Shown here: piece after piece, positions 30,148 through 38,135 of the stretch
Position numbering within the stretch: the stretch's first letter is position 1
Layout: every line of letters starts with the position of its first letter
The notes under the pieces: generated by a model
Told to the model about the DNA's origin: nothing
Seen by the model: the letters and a program-made list of their open reading frames with translations, nothing else
The model's database searches: none
Translations under genes and position numbers: made by a program
Assembly: GCA_964496795.1 (NCBI GenBank)
Contig: CAZCAV010000005.1
Coordinates: 1,944 to 65,943, forward strand
DNA: 64,000 bases
DNA from: an uncultured Oscillospiraceae bacterium
GTDB lineage: Bacteria > Bacillota > Clostridia > Christensenellales > CAG-138
Reading direction: 5' to 3'

Positions 30148-32165
30148 GAAGAATCCTCCCGTTCGTCTTTTGATTGTAAACGCCGGTACAGCCGGCTGTC
30201 CGTCAGAGCACGCTTCTGTACGCCAGGCGACAGAGTGACGAGCGCTTCATGGCAGCTGAAGAAGCCAAGCTCCAAAAATACCAGCAACGCGCAAAGCGCC
30301 GGCCGGTCAAAGCGCGCTAAAAGCTCCTCAACACGGCATCCGCCGGTCCCGACGCATTTGCGAAGCTGCAGATACATGCGGCGCATGGAATCGCCGTCAA
30401 AGCGGGCCGCTCCGCCGTCAGAAGCGTATGGAAAATCCAAATTCTCCATACAAAAGCTATTATACAAAACATTCATGAAAAAATCATCAAAAAGTTTTTG
30501 GCTGGTCTCTGCCGCAGTCAGGACCAGCTCCACGCTCTCCATGCCACGGTAAGTATGAATGCTCGGACGAACCAGTATGCTCAGGCTGTCGTCCGCGTTC
30601 GTTTTGAATTCCTCCAGGCGCTCGCCAAAGCCAAAGCCAACCAGTCGCAGGGAGGCGCTGCCATCGCCTGCGCGCGCGCTGATATGGCTTCCGTCATGTC
30701 CAATGCCTCTCAGCTCCGAAAGCCGTACACCGTCGATACGATAGACCGGCTCCGGATTTCCCTCGCCAAACGGTGCAAGGCATTTTAGCTCCGCGACAGC
30801 GGAAAGCGTCAGCTCCGACAGGCAAAGCCTCTCGTCATAATCCTTCGCCAATACAAAATCGGAGGCGTCGTAGTGCAAACGCAGGAACTCCCGAAAATCG
30901 GCTGAAAACGTCTCAAAGGCCTCGCGCGCCATCGTTATGCCCGCCGCGCCCTTATGCCCGCCAAAACGCATAAAGTGCTTGCTGCAGGCGCTCAGGGCGG
31001 CGTACAGGTCAATCCTGCCGGCGCTCCTCCCCGAGCCGCTAAGTATTCCGTCTCCGGCGTCGGAAAACAGTATAACCGGACAATGATGCCGCTCGCTCAT
31101 ACGGGAGGCCACAATGCCTATCACGCCCACGTTCCAGCCCGTGGAGCTGAGCAGTATGGCGCGTCTGACGCCTTCGTCTTCAAGCGAAAGCATCCCTTCC
31201 GCCTCGGCGTAGATCTCCGCTTCTATCGACCGCCGCTTGGCATTGACGCCGTCAAGCTCGGCAGCCAACGTCTCCGCAGCATGTCGATCCTCCGTCGTCA
31301 GCAGGGAAACGCCTCGCATCGCGTCGCCAAGCCGACCGGCGGCGTTCAGACGCGGTGCCAGCAGAAAAGCCAGTGTGGAAGCGTCCACGGCGTTATCTCC
31401 GTTGCCAGCAGCGTGCAGAAGCGCGTTAAGACCCAGATTGTCCTCTATCCAGGGGATCCCGCGCGCCACCACCGCGCGGTTGTCTCCGGTGAGCGGCACC
31501 ACGTCCGCGACTGTGGCCACAGCGGCCAGCGGCAGCCAGCGGCTCAGTCTTGTATCGCCGCACAGCGCCCGCGCAAGCCGAAGCGCCACGCCCGCGCCGC
31601 ACGCGCCGTCCTCCGGTACCACAACGGCTGAGCAATCCGGAAGCCGCTCGGGTCTGCTGTGATGATCCGTGACGATCACATCCATGCCAAGCGAAGTGCA
31701 AAGCGCGACCTCCTCCAAGGCCGATATGCCGTTGTCCACCGTTACGATCAGATTGACGCCACGCGCATGGAGCTTGCGGACGGCCTCTTCATGAAGGCCG
31801 TAGCCCTCGCTGTGGCGGGACGGGATATAAGCCTGCACCCGCTCCGAATAAACGGAAAAGCAGTCCAGCAATATGGCTGTGGCGCATACGCCATCCGCAT
31901 CATAGTCGCCATAGACGCAGATGTTCTCGTCCTCCGTAAACGCCTTCCGCAGCCGTTCGAGCGCGGCGCGCATGTTGGGCATGGCAAAGGGATCGCTCAG
32001 TTCCAGCTCCTCCGGATGGAGAAACCGCTCCGCATCCGAAGCCTCGGTCAGTCCGCGCCGGATCAGCGCCCGTGCGGTCAACGGCTGAATGCTCAGCGCG
32101 CCGCACAGCGTTTCGACGGTCGTCGGATCATATTCTCCCGAATAGGCGCAGTGGAACCCGTTCAT
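30138..32165 (-). CDS. recJ: Single-stranded-DNA-specific exonuclease RecJ
   Basis: DHH motifs VYGDYDADGVCAT, VTVDNG and VIVTDHH. Start placed at MNGFHCAY (ATG 32165-32163), which forms an ATGA overlap with the scfB stop. Confidence 0.9.
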   Translation of the reverse strand: MNGFHCAYSGEYDPTTVETLCGALSIQPLTARALIRRGLTEASDAERFLHPEELELSDPFAMPNMRAALERLRKAFTEDENICVYGDYDADGVCATAILLDCFSVYSERVQAYIPSRHSEGYGLHEEAVRKLHARGVNLIVTVDNGISALEEVALCTSLGMDVIVTDHHSRPERLPDCSAVVVPEDGACGAGVALRLARALCGDTRLSRWLPLAAVATVADVVPLTGDNRAVVARGIPWIEDNLGLNALLHAAGNGDNAVDASTLAFLLAPRLNAAGRLGDAMRGVSLLTTEDRHAAETLAAELDGVNAKRRSIEAEIYAEAEGMLSLEDEGVRRAILLSSTGWNVGVIGIVASRMSERHHCPVILFSDAGDGILSGSGRSAGRIDLYAALSACSKHFMRFGGHKGAAGITMAREAFETFSADFREFLRLHYDASDFVLAKDYDERLCLSELTLSAVAELKCLAPFGEGNPEPVYRIDGVRLSELRGIGHDGSHISARAGDGSASLRLVGFGFGERLEEFKTNADDSLSILVRPSIHTYRGMESVELVLTAAETSQKLFDDFFMNVLYNSFCMENLDFPYASDGGAARFDGDSMRRMYLQLRKCVGTGGCRVEELLARFDRPALCALLVFLELGFFSCHEALVTLSPGVQKRALTDSRLYRRLQSKDEREDSSWI

Positions 32166-33493
32166 GGCTCCTGCTCTTTTAGGCGGACGCCAATGGCGCA
32201 CTCAATACGTTTTTTCATCAGCGCGCAGCTCATCTCATGCGGCTCCATCAGCCCGCCGCCGTACAGGCAGGCGTTCGCCATGCAGCCTCCGCCGCAATAG
32301 TACTTGGCCCAACAGCGTTTGCAGCGCTCCTTCGTGAGCACGCTGCACTGTGCAAAGAGGTCGCGCTTGGCTCCATCCAGCTCAGGCTGCGACACATGCC
32401 CCAGTTTCCACGCGGTCATGCCTACGAACTGATGGCAGGGGTAAATATCGCCCTCGGGCGTAACGGCCGCGTACTCGCAGCCGGCGCCGCAGCCGCGCAC
32501 GCGTTTGCGCAGGCAGGGCCCGCCCTCCAAGTCAATCATGAAATGGAAAAAGTTGTACCAGCTATCCTTGCTTTGGCGCGCCACGATATACTGCGCGGCC
32601 AGACGATCGTATTCCTCCATGATTCGCGGCAGATGGGCGGGAAGAATCGCGTAGGGGCTGTCGTCCGGAAGCACGACCGGCTCGATGGATATCTGGTTAA
32701 AGCCCGCCGCAGTCAGCGCGTGCACATCCTCTGAAAAATCCAGATTATTGCGCGTGAAGGTGCCGCGCACATAGTACTCCCGATCGCCGCGCCCCGCGAT
32801 CAGCTTTTGCGCGTTGCGCAATATCAGATCGTAAGAGCCCTTGCCGTTGACGGTCGGTCTTAAGGCGTCGTGAATTTCCCTGCGGCCGTCCAGGCTGACG
32901 ACCACATTGAACATTTCCGCGTTGATAAAGGCGATCGCATCGTCGTCGAGGGCCACGCAGTTGGTAGTCATGGTAAAATGGATCTCTTTGCCATGCTTTT
33001 TTTCAAGCTGGCGGCCGTAGCGTACGATCTCCTTGCACACCGGCAAATTCATCAGTGGCTCGCCGCCAAAGAGATCGACCTCCAAATGCTTTCTGTCCCC
33101 GCAGTGCGCTATCAGAAAATCAAGCGACGCGCGTGCGATATCCGCGCTCATGAGCATACGCTCGCCATGAAAATCGCCGGTGGATGCAAAGCAGTATTTG
33201 CACCGAAGATTGCAATCGTGCGCTACATGCAGACACAGGGACTTGATCACGCGCTCGCTCTGCTCGTCCGTTAAGATCGGCGCAGGGGAATCGAAGGCGC
33301 CCTCCTTTGAAAGCGTACTGAATTCTTCTAATATCTCGGCGGCATCCGCTTTTAAAACGCCGCATTCATACGGATCTTCGCCGCGCTCCAACGCCTTGGC
33401 TACACGAAAGGCAGACTCGTCCAGTCGATGTATTGCGCCGCTTTCAATGTCTATCACATAGTATTCATCCTGAAAAGCTAAAGCGTGTATCAA
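32162..33493 (-). CDS. scfB: Radical-SAM/SPASM thioether-forming maturase of SCIFF (ScfB)
   Basis: Radical-SAM motif HDCNLRCKYCF and C-terminal SPASM Cys clusters (CGAGCEY..., CKRCWAKYYCGGGC). Directly downstream of the SCIFF precursor. The track ORF begins at TTG 33517. TTG 33493 has the better Shine-Dalgarno (AGAGGAA 6 nt upstream). The start is uncertain. Confidence 0.85.
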   Translation of the reverse strand: MIHALAFQDEYYVIDIESGAIHRLDESAFRVAKALERGEDPYECGVLKADAAEILEEFSTLSKEGAFDSPAPILTDEQSERVIKSLCLHVAHDCNLRCKYCFASTGDFHGERMLMSADIARASLDFLIAHCGDRKHLEVDLFGGEPLMNLPVCKEIVRYGRQLEKKHGKEIHFTMTTNCVALDDDAIAFINAEMFNVVVSLDGRREIHDALRPTVNGKGSYDLILRNAQKLIAGRGDREYYVRGTFTRNNLDFSEDVHALTAAGFNQISIEPVVLPDDSPYAILPAHLPRIMEEYDRLAAQYIVARQSKDSWYNFFHFMIDLEGGPCLRKRVRGCGAGCEYAAVTPEGDIYPCHQFVGMTAWKLGHVSQPELDGAKRDLFAQCSVLTKERCKRCWAKYYCGGGCMANACLYGGGLMEPHEMSCALMKKRIECAIGVRLKEQEP

Positions 33494-33515
33494 AATACGT
33501 TCCTCTTTCACAGAC

Positions 33516-33541
33516 AAAGGAAGGCCTTGTGGCCTTCCTTT
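33516..33541 (-). terminator. Intercistronic hairpin (attenuator/terminator candidate) between scfA and scfB
   Basis: Perfect 11-bp stem AAAGGAAGGCC / GGCCTTCCTTT with a 4-nt loop, 20 nt after the scfA stop. The U tail is weak. Confidence 0.55.
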
Positions 33542-33560
33542 TAAGTCAGCTCAGCGTAAG

Positions 33561-33704
33561 TTATTTGTCCTGCTTGCCGCACTTCTGGTTGGCAACGGTG
33601 CAGGAGGTCTTGCAGGCGGACTGGCAGCTCGCCTGGCATTCGCCGCATCCCGTATTTCTGCCGGTTTTCAGGCAGGGCTTCTGTATGGTCTTCATGTGTT
33701 TCAT
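33561..33704 (-). CDS. scfA: SCIFF (six-cysteines-in-forty-five) ranthipeptide precursor
   Basis: Not in the ORF track (47 aa). Minus-strand translation MKHMKTIQKPCLKTGRNTGCGECQASCQSACKTSCTVANQKCGKQDK. GGAGGA lies 7 nt upstream of the ATG. The GCGECQ.SCQSACKTSCTVANQ.C core matches the SCIFF family as I remember it. Confidence 0.9.
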   Translation of the reverse strand: MKHMKTIQKPCLKTGRNTGCGECQASCQSACKTSCTVANQKCGKQDK

Positions 33705-33736
33705 TTGCCGTTCCTCCATAATGTCTGTACGATATC

Positions 33737-33765
33737 AGTATACACGCTTACGGCTCAGAGCGCAA
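33737..33765 (-). promoter_or_regulatory. Sigma-A-type promoter candidate for scfA
   Basis: Minus strand TTGCGC (33765-33760), 17-nt spacer, TATACT (33742-33737). Overlaps the last codons and stop of ackA. Confidence 0.4.
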
Positions 33766-34957
33766 GCTCCGCCGTATCATGTGCGATGGTCATCTCCTCG
33801 TCGGTCGGGATCACAAACACCTTGACCCGGCTCTCCGGTCTGGAAATGACGACCTCCTGACCGCGCGGGCAGCTTTCGTTGTATTCATAATCCGGTACGA
33901 TGCCCAAAAACTCCAGATCGCGCATGACCTCCGCGCGTACATGCCGGTCGTTCTCGCCCACGCCGGCCGTAAACACCAGCGCGTCCAACCCGCCGAGCGC
34001 CGCCGCATAGGAGCCGATATACTGCTTGACCTTGTAGATGAACATATCCAGCGCCAGCGCTGCGCGTGCGTTCCCCTCCGCGGCGGCGGTTTCCAGATCG
34101 CGGAAATCGCTGGATATGCCGGAGATGCCCAGCATGCCGCTCTTCTTGTTCATATAGGTATCCATTTCACGCGGCGTCATGCCGGTACGCTCCATAAGGA
34201 AGGGCAGTATCGCCGGATCGACGCAGCCGCAGCGCGTTCCCATCGGCACGCCCTCGAGCGGCGTAAGGCCCATAGAGGTGTCGACGCATTTTCCGTCCCT
34301 GACGGCGCTGAGGCTGGAACCATTGCCAAGATGCGCCGTAACGATGCGCGTTCCCTCCGCCTTTCCGCCAAGCAGCGCCACAGCACGGCCCGCCACATAG
34401 CGGTGCGAGGTGCCGTGAAAGCCGTAGCGGCGCACACGGTACTTTTCGTAGGTCTCATAAGGCAGCGCATACATGAAAGCCTTGGGCTCCATGCTCTGGC
34501 CCCAGGCCGTATCGAACACGGCGACCATCGGCACGCCGGGCATAGCGGTCATGCAGCCGCGAATGCCCATGAGATTGGCGGGATTATGCAGCGGCCCGAG
34601 CGGAATGCACTCCTCGATGGCCTCGAGAACCTCGTTGTTGATGAGCGCCGGCGCTGAAAAACGCTCGCCGCCATGCAGCACGCGGTGACCGACGGCCTTG
34701 ATCGAGCTCATATCGGGCAGTATGCCGACGTCCTTGTCCACCAGAATATCCAGCACCAGACGAATGGCGTCCTCATGATTCTTCATGGGCGATTCACGCT
34801 TGATTTCCTGGCCGCCGGTAGGCTTGTAGCCAATAAACGATCCCTCGATGCCTATGCGCTCGCAATTACCCTTGGCAAGCACCGATTCGCTGTCGATATC
34901 AATGAGCTGATACTTCAGGGAGGAACTGCCGGCGTTGATGACCAAAATATACGTCAT
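33755..34957 (-). CDS. ackA: Acetate kinase
   Basis: 400 aa. MTYILVINAGSSSLKYQL start, HRVLHGG, GFHGTSH. Confidence 0.97.
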   Translation of the reverse strand: MTYILVINAGSSSLKYQLIDIDSESVLAKGNCERIGIEGSFIGYKPTGGQEIKRESPMKNHEDAIRLVLDILVDKDVGILPDMSSIKAVGHRVLHGGERFSAPALINNEVLEAIEECIPLGPLHNPANLMGIRGCMTAMPGVPMVAVFDTAWGQSMEPKAFMYALPYETYEKYRVRRYGFHGTSHRYVAGRAVALLGGKAEGTRIVTAHLGNGSSLSAVRDGKCVDTSMGLTPLEGVPMGTRCGCVDPAILPFLMERTGMTPREMDTYMNKKSGMLGISGISSDFRDLETAAAEGNARAALALDMFIYKVKQYIGSYAAALGGLDALVFTAGVGENDRHVRAEVMRDLEFLGIVPDYEYNESCPRGQEVVISRPESRVKVFVIPTDEEMTIAHDTAELAL

Positions 34958-34969
34958 GATTCGTTCTCC

Positions 34970-35968
34970 TTACAGATTTTGCGCCTGAACGGCGGTGATA
35001 GCTACCACAGAGACGACATCCTCGATGCTGCATCCGCGGGAAAGATCGTTAATGGGATATTTGAAGCCCTGGCAAATGGGCCCGACGGCCTCCGCGCCCG
35101 CAAGCCGCTGCACAAGCTTGTAACCGATGTTCCCCGCCTGAAGATCGGGAAAAATCAGCACGTTCGCCTTTCCTGCTACGGCGCTGCCGGGCGATTTGAG
35201 CCTGGCAACCTTTTCCACCAACGCGGCGTCCGCCTGCAGTTCACCGTCTGCGGCCAGCTCAGGCGCCTGCTCGTGCACAAGTCTTGTCGCCTCCGCCACC
35301 TTATCCACGAGTTCATGCTTGGCACTGCCCTTTGTGGAGAAGGACAGCATAGCCACGCGCGGTTCAAGGCCGCAGAGAGCCTTTCCAGTGGCCGCCGAGG
35401 AAATGGCAATGGCCGCTAGCTGCTCCGCCGTTGGATTCGGATTGACCGCGCAGTCGCCGAATATCAGCACGCCATCGTCGCCGTAAGCCTTGTTTGGGAC
35501 CTCCATGATGAAACAGCTTGACACAACAGAAATGCCTTTCGCCATCTTGATGATCTGAAGCCCGGGCCGCAGCGTATCTCCGGTAGTGCAGACAGCGCCC
35601 GCCACCATGCCGTCCGCGCGGCCCTCGCGGATCATCATGGCCGCAAAAAACAGGGGATTCTTCATGGTTGCGGCTGCCTTTTCAGGCGTGACGCCCTTTT
35701 CCCTGCGCAGCTCATAAAACAGCGATGTATACCTTTCCAGATCCGGATCGCTGTCCGGATCGACAATGCCAACCCCGGCGAGTGAAACGGAAAATTTTTC
35801 CGCAACCTCACGGATCGCCTCCGGCTTTCCAAGCAGCGTTACGTCCGCGAGTCCCTCCGCTATGATGCGGGCCGCAGCCTGTACCGTACGCTCCTCCGTA
35901 CCCTCCGGAAGCAGAATATGCTTTTTGTCTGATTTTGCCTTTGCCTTGATTTGATCCATTAATGACAT
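34970..35968 (-). CDS. pta: Phosphate acetyltransferase
   Basis: Start placed at MSLMDQIKAKAK (ATG 35968) with GGGAGG upstream. The HILLPEGTEERT motif follows. The 48 upstream codons in the track ORF have no Pta similarity. Confidence 0.93.
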   Translation of the reverse strand: MSLMDQIKAKAKSDKKHILLPEGTEERTVQAAARIIAEGLADVTLLGKPEAIREVAEKFSVSLAGVGIVDPDSDPDLERYTSLFYELRREKGVTPEKAAATMKNPLFFAAMMIREGRADGMVAGAVCTTGDTLRPGLQIIKMAKGISVVSSCFIMEVPNKAYGDDGVLIFGDCAVNPNPTAEQLAAIAISSAATGKALCGLEPRVAMLSFSTKGSAKHELVDKVAEATRLVHEQAPELAADGELQADAALVEKVARLKSPGSAVAGKANVLIFPDLQAGNIGYKLVQRLAGAEAVGPICQGFKYPINDLSRGCSIEDVVSVVAITAVQAQNL

Positions 35969-35989
35969 GAGATAACGCCTCCCAGTAAA

Positions 35990-36022
35990 TTTCTTGTGGA
36001 TTATACCATAATCCACAAGAAA
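35990..36022. promoter_or_regulatory. 33-bp perfect palindrome (candidate operator) in the pta / tmcAL divergent promoter region
   Basis: TTTCTTGTGGATTAT-ACC-ATAATCCACAAGAAA: 15-bp perfect arms with a 3-bp centre. It overlaps the minus-strand TGGTATAAT (36008-36000) and lies just upstream of the plus-strand TGGTATACT (36024-36032). Confidence 0.6.
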
Positions 36023-36059
36023 ATGGTATACTCGTTTCAGGAAAGTATCGGAGAAGTTT

Positions 36060-37265
36060 ATGCGCGTCGTAGGCATTATCGCGGAATACAATCCGCTGCA
36101 TAATGGGCACATGTATCATCTTGAGCAGGCCAAAGCGCTTTCGGGCGCAGAGTACTGCGTCGTGGTCATGTCCGGTAACTTTGTGCAGCGCGGCGAGACG
36201 GCCTGCACAGATAAGTTTACGCGCGCAGAGTGGGCCCTGCGGGTGGGAGCCGACCTTGTGCTGGAGCTGCCGAGCGTATTCGCCCTCTCCAATGCTGAAC
36301 GCTTCGCGCTTGGCGGCGTAAGGACGCTCCGCGGCACAGGCGTTGTGACCGATCTTGCCTTTGGCTGCGAGACCGGCGACGTAACGATACTCTATCAGTT
36401 GGCCGATATCATTTCCAGCGAGCCGCCGCTGTTTCGCGAGGCGCTGAGGCAGCGTCTGTCCGAGGGCAAATCCTATCCGCGCGCACGCTTTGAAGCCTTG
36501 GCCGATTACGGGGTGCCGGATCATCTTCTGGAGGCCATTCTGCAGCCAAACAATATTCTCGCCATAGAATACCTGCGTGCGCTCTCGGCCGGCGGCGCCG
36601 ACGACATCCGGCCGCTGCCAGTGACGCGCATCGGTACGGATTACCATTCGGACGAGATCCACGGCGCATACGCAAGCGCCTCCGCTATCCGCAAGGCTCT
36701 TAAGGAAGGCCGCCGCGAGGCGCTGGATACCATGCCCTCCTTTATCGGCGGGCCGCTGATGTTTGACGAGCAGTGCGTCATACCGGAATCCGCCGTCGGC
36801 GACATGACCCTCTATGCCCTGAGAAAACTGAATCCGGACGCGCTGCGCGCCATTCCGGATGTGAGCGAGGGCTTTGAAAACGTCATTGCGCGCGCCGCAC
36901 GCAGCGTATCCTCGCTGCCGGAATTCTTCGAAGCCGTCAAGAGCAAGCGCTATACTCTCGCGCGCTGCAAGCGCATTGCGGCAAGCGCGCTCCTGGGCAT
37001 CACGCTCGATCAGGTGCACGCCACGATCAAAAGTCCGGAGGGCTGCTATCTGCGTGTTTTGGGCTTTCAGAAAAAAGCGCGCCCGCTGCTGTCGCAGATT
37101 GCCAAATGCGCGCGCGGCGCATGGATACTTCGCAACAGCGACATACAGGACGCGCCGCTCATCGTACAAAAGAATCTGGAGACCGATATGCTCAGCACCG
37201 ATATCCTTGCCTACGCCGTCAAGCGGGACATGCGCCGCGATCTCAGCGGCCCGGTAATCCTATAA
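36060..37265 (+). CDS. tmcAL: tRNA(Met) cytidine acetate ligase (YlbM/TmcAL family nucleotidyltransferase)
   Basis: 401 aa. N-terminus MRVVGIIAEYNPLHNGHMYHLEQAK is typical of YlbM/TmcAL. Confidence 0.85.
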   Translation: MRVVGIIAEYNPLHNGHMYHLEQAKALSGAEYCVVVMSGNFVQRGETACTDKFTRAEWALRVGADLVLELPSVFALSNAERFALGGVRTLRGTGVVTDLAFGCETGDVTILYQLADIISSEPPLFREALRQRLSEGKSYPRARFEALADYGVPDHLLEAILQPNNILAIEYLRALSAGGADDIRPLPVTRIGTDYHSDEIHGAYASASAIRKALKEGRREALDTMPSFIGGPLMFDEQCVIPESAVGDMTLYALRKLNPDALRAIPDVSEGFENVIARAARSVSSLPEFFEAVKSKRYTLARCKRIAASALLGITLDQVHATIKSPEGCYLRVLGFQKKARPLLSQIAKCARGAWILRNSDIQDAPLIVQKNLETDMLSTDILAYAVKRDMRRDLSGPVIL

Positions 37266-38082
37266 GGGAGCGCCAGGCGCTCTTTCTGCCGAGCGCGGCC
37301 CGTATCTGCGGCAGCGCCTCCTCCGCCGCACGGCGCCCCTCCTGAATGGAACGATCCACCATATCCATCTGAAAATGTCCCTTCACATAGTCTCTCACCA
37401 TGGGCGTGATCATAATATCCGCACGCTCCTGCTGGCGCATCGCTATCTGCCACTGCATAATGCTGATGGTGCGGTTCATGAGCTGATAGGCGCTCATGCT
37501 CTCGGCGTCCTCGGCCTCGCCCCGATAGCCTACGTCAACGCCAACCACCACGTCGAGACCGCGCGTCCTCAGTTCGTCGACCGGCACGCGATCCAGTACG
37601 CCTCCGTCGATATACAGCTTGCCGTTGAGGCGCGCCGGCTGAAAGAATGCGGGCATCGACATGCTGGCGCGCACCGACTCATGAATTTTTCCCGTATCCA
37701 AGGTCTCAAGCCGGCCGCTGGCAGCGTCGACCGCCATACAGACGAATGGGATCTTCGTTTCGGAAAAATCCTTGTTGTGCGTAAATATCTGTATGAGCTC
37801 CTGAAGGCGATTGCCGCGCAGGAGTCCGCCGTTAAATGGGTTCCCCAAATCCATATAGCTCTTTAGGTTGATCGTATTGAGGTACTTCTGCAGCATATAC
37901 ATATCGCTGCCGACTGCATATATACCGCCGATGATGGCGCCCATACTGCAGCCGGCGATCATATCGATGGATATCCCGTTTTCCTCAAGAACCTGCAATA
38001 CGCCGATATGTGCAAAACCTTTCGTGCTGCCCGCGCCAAGCGCGAGCCCAAGCGTTCTCCGTTTCAAAATCGCCCTCCGCAT
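37243..38082 (-). CDS. Patatin-like phospholipase (YlbK-like)
   Basis: 279 aa. GLALGAGSTKGFAHIGV oxyanion motif, GCSMGA nucleophile elbow, and a later D[GA] motif (IDGGVLD). Confidence 0.85.
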   Translation of the reverse strand: MRRAILKRRTLGLALGAGSTKGFAHIGVLQVLEENGISIDMIAGCSMGAIIGGIYAVGSDMYMLQKYLNTINLKSYMDLGNPFNGGLLRGNRLQELIQIFTHNKDFSETKIPFVCMAVDAASGRLETLDTGKIHESVRASMSMPAFFQPARLNGKLYIDGGVLDRVPVDELRTRGLDVVVGVDVGYRGEAEDAESMSAYQLMNRTISIMQWQIAMRQQERADIMITPMVRDYVKGHFQMDMVDRSIQEGRRAAEEALPQIRAALGRKSAWRSLIGLPGR

Positions 38083-38135
38083 ATCTGATCAAGCTGTTAA
38101 TACAATGAATTATACCACGAATCGAGGTTATGTGC

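Noticed and set aside
35990-36022. Interpreting the 33-bp palindrome as a bidirectional terminator or a cre (CcpA) site.
   Set aside because: It lies between divergent gene starts, so no transcript ends there. It lacks flanking U-runs and does not match the cre consensus TGWAANCGNTNWCA. It is kept only as a candidate operator in the findings.
35808-37169. 453-aa minus-strand ORF covering the pta start, the intergenic palindrome and most of tmcAL.
   Set aside because: It is codon-aligned antisense to the well-supported tmcAL CDS and runs through a promoter region. The sequence is low-complexity and Arg/Ala-rich with no family motif. The same explanation applies to 16002..17183(+) opposite rpoD, 18895..19800(+) opposite dgt, 59783..60627(+) opposite sdaAA and 60829..61569(+) opposite sdaAB.
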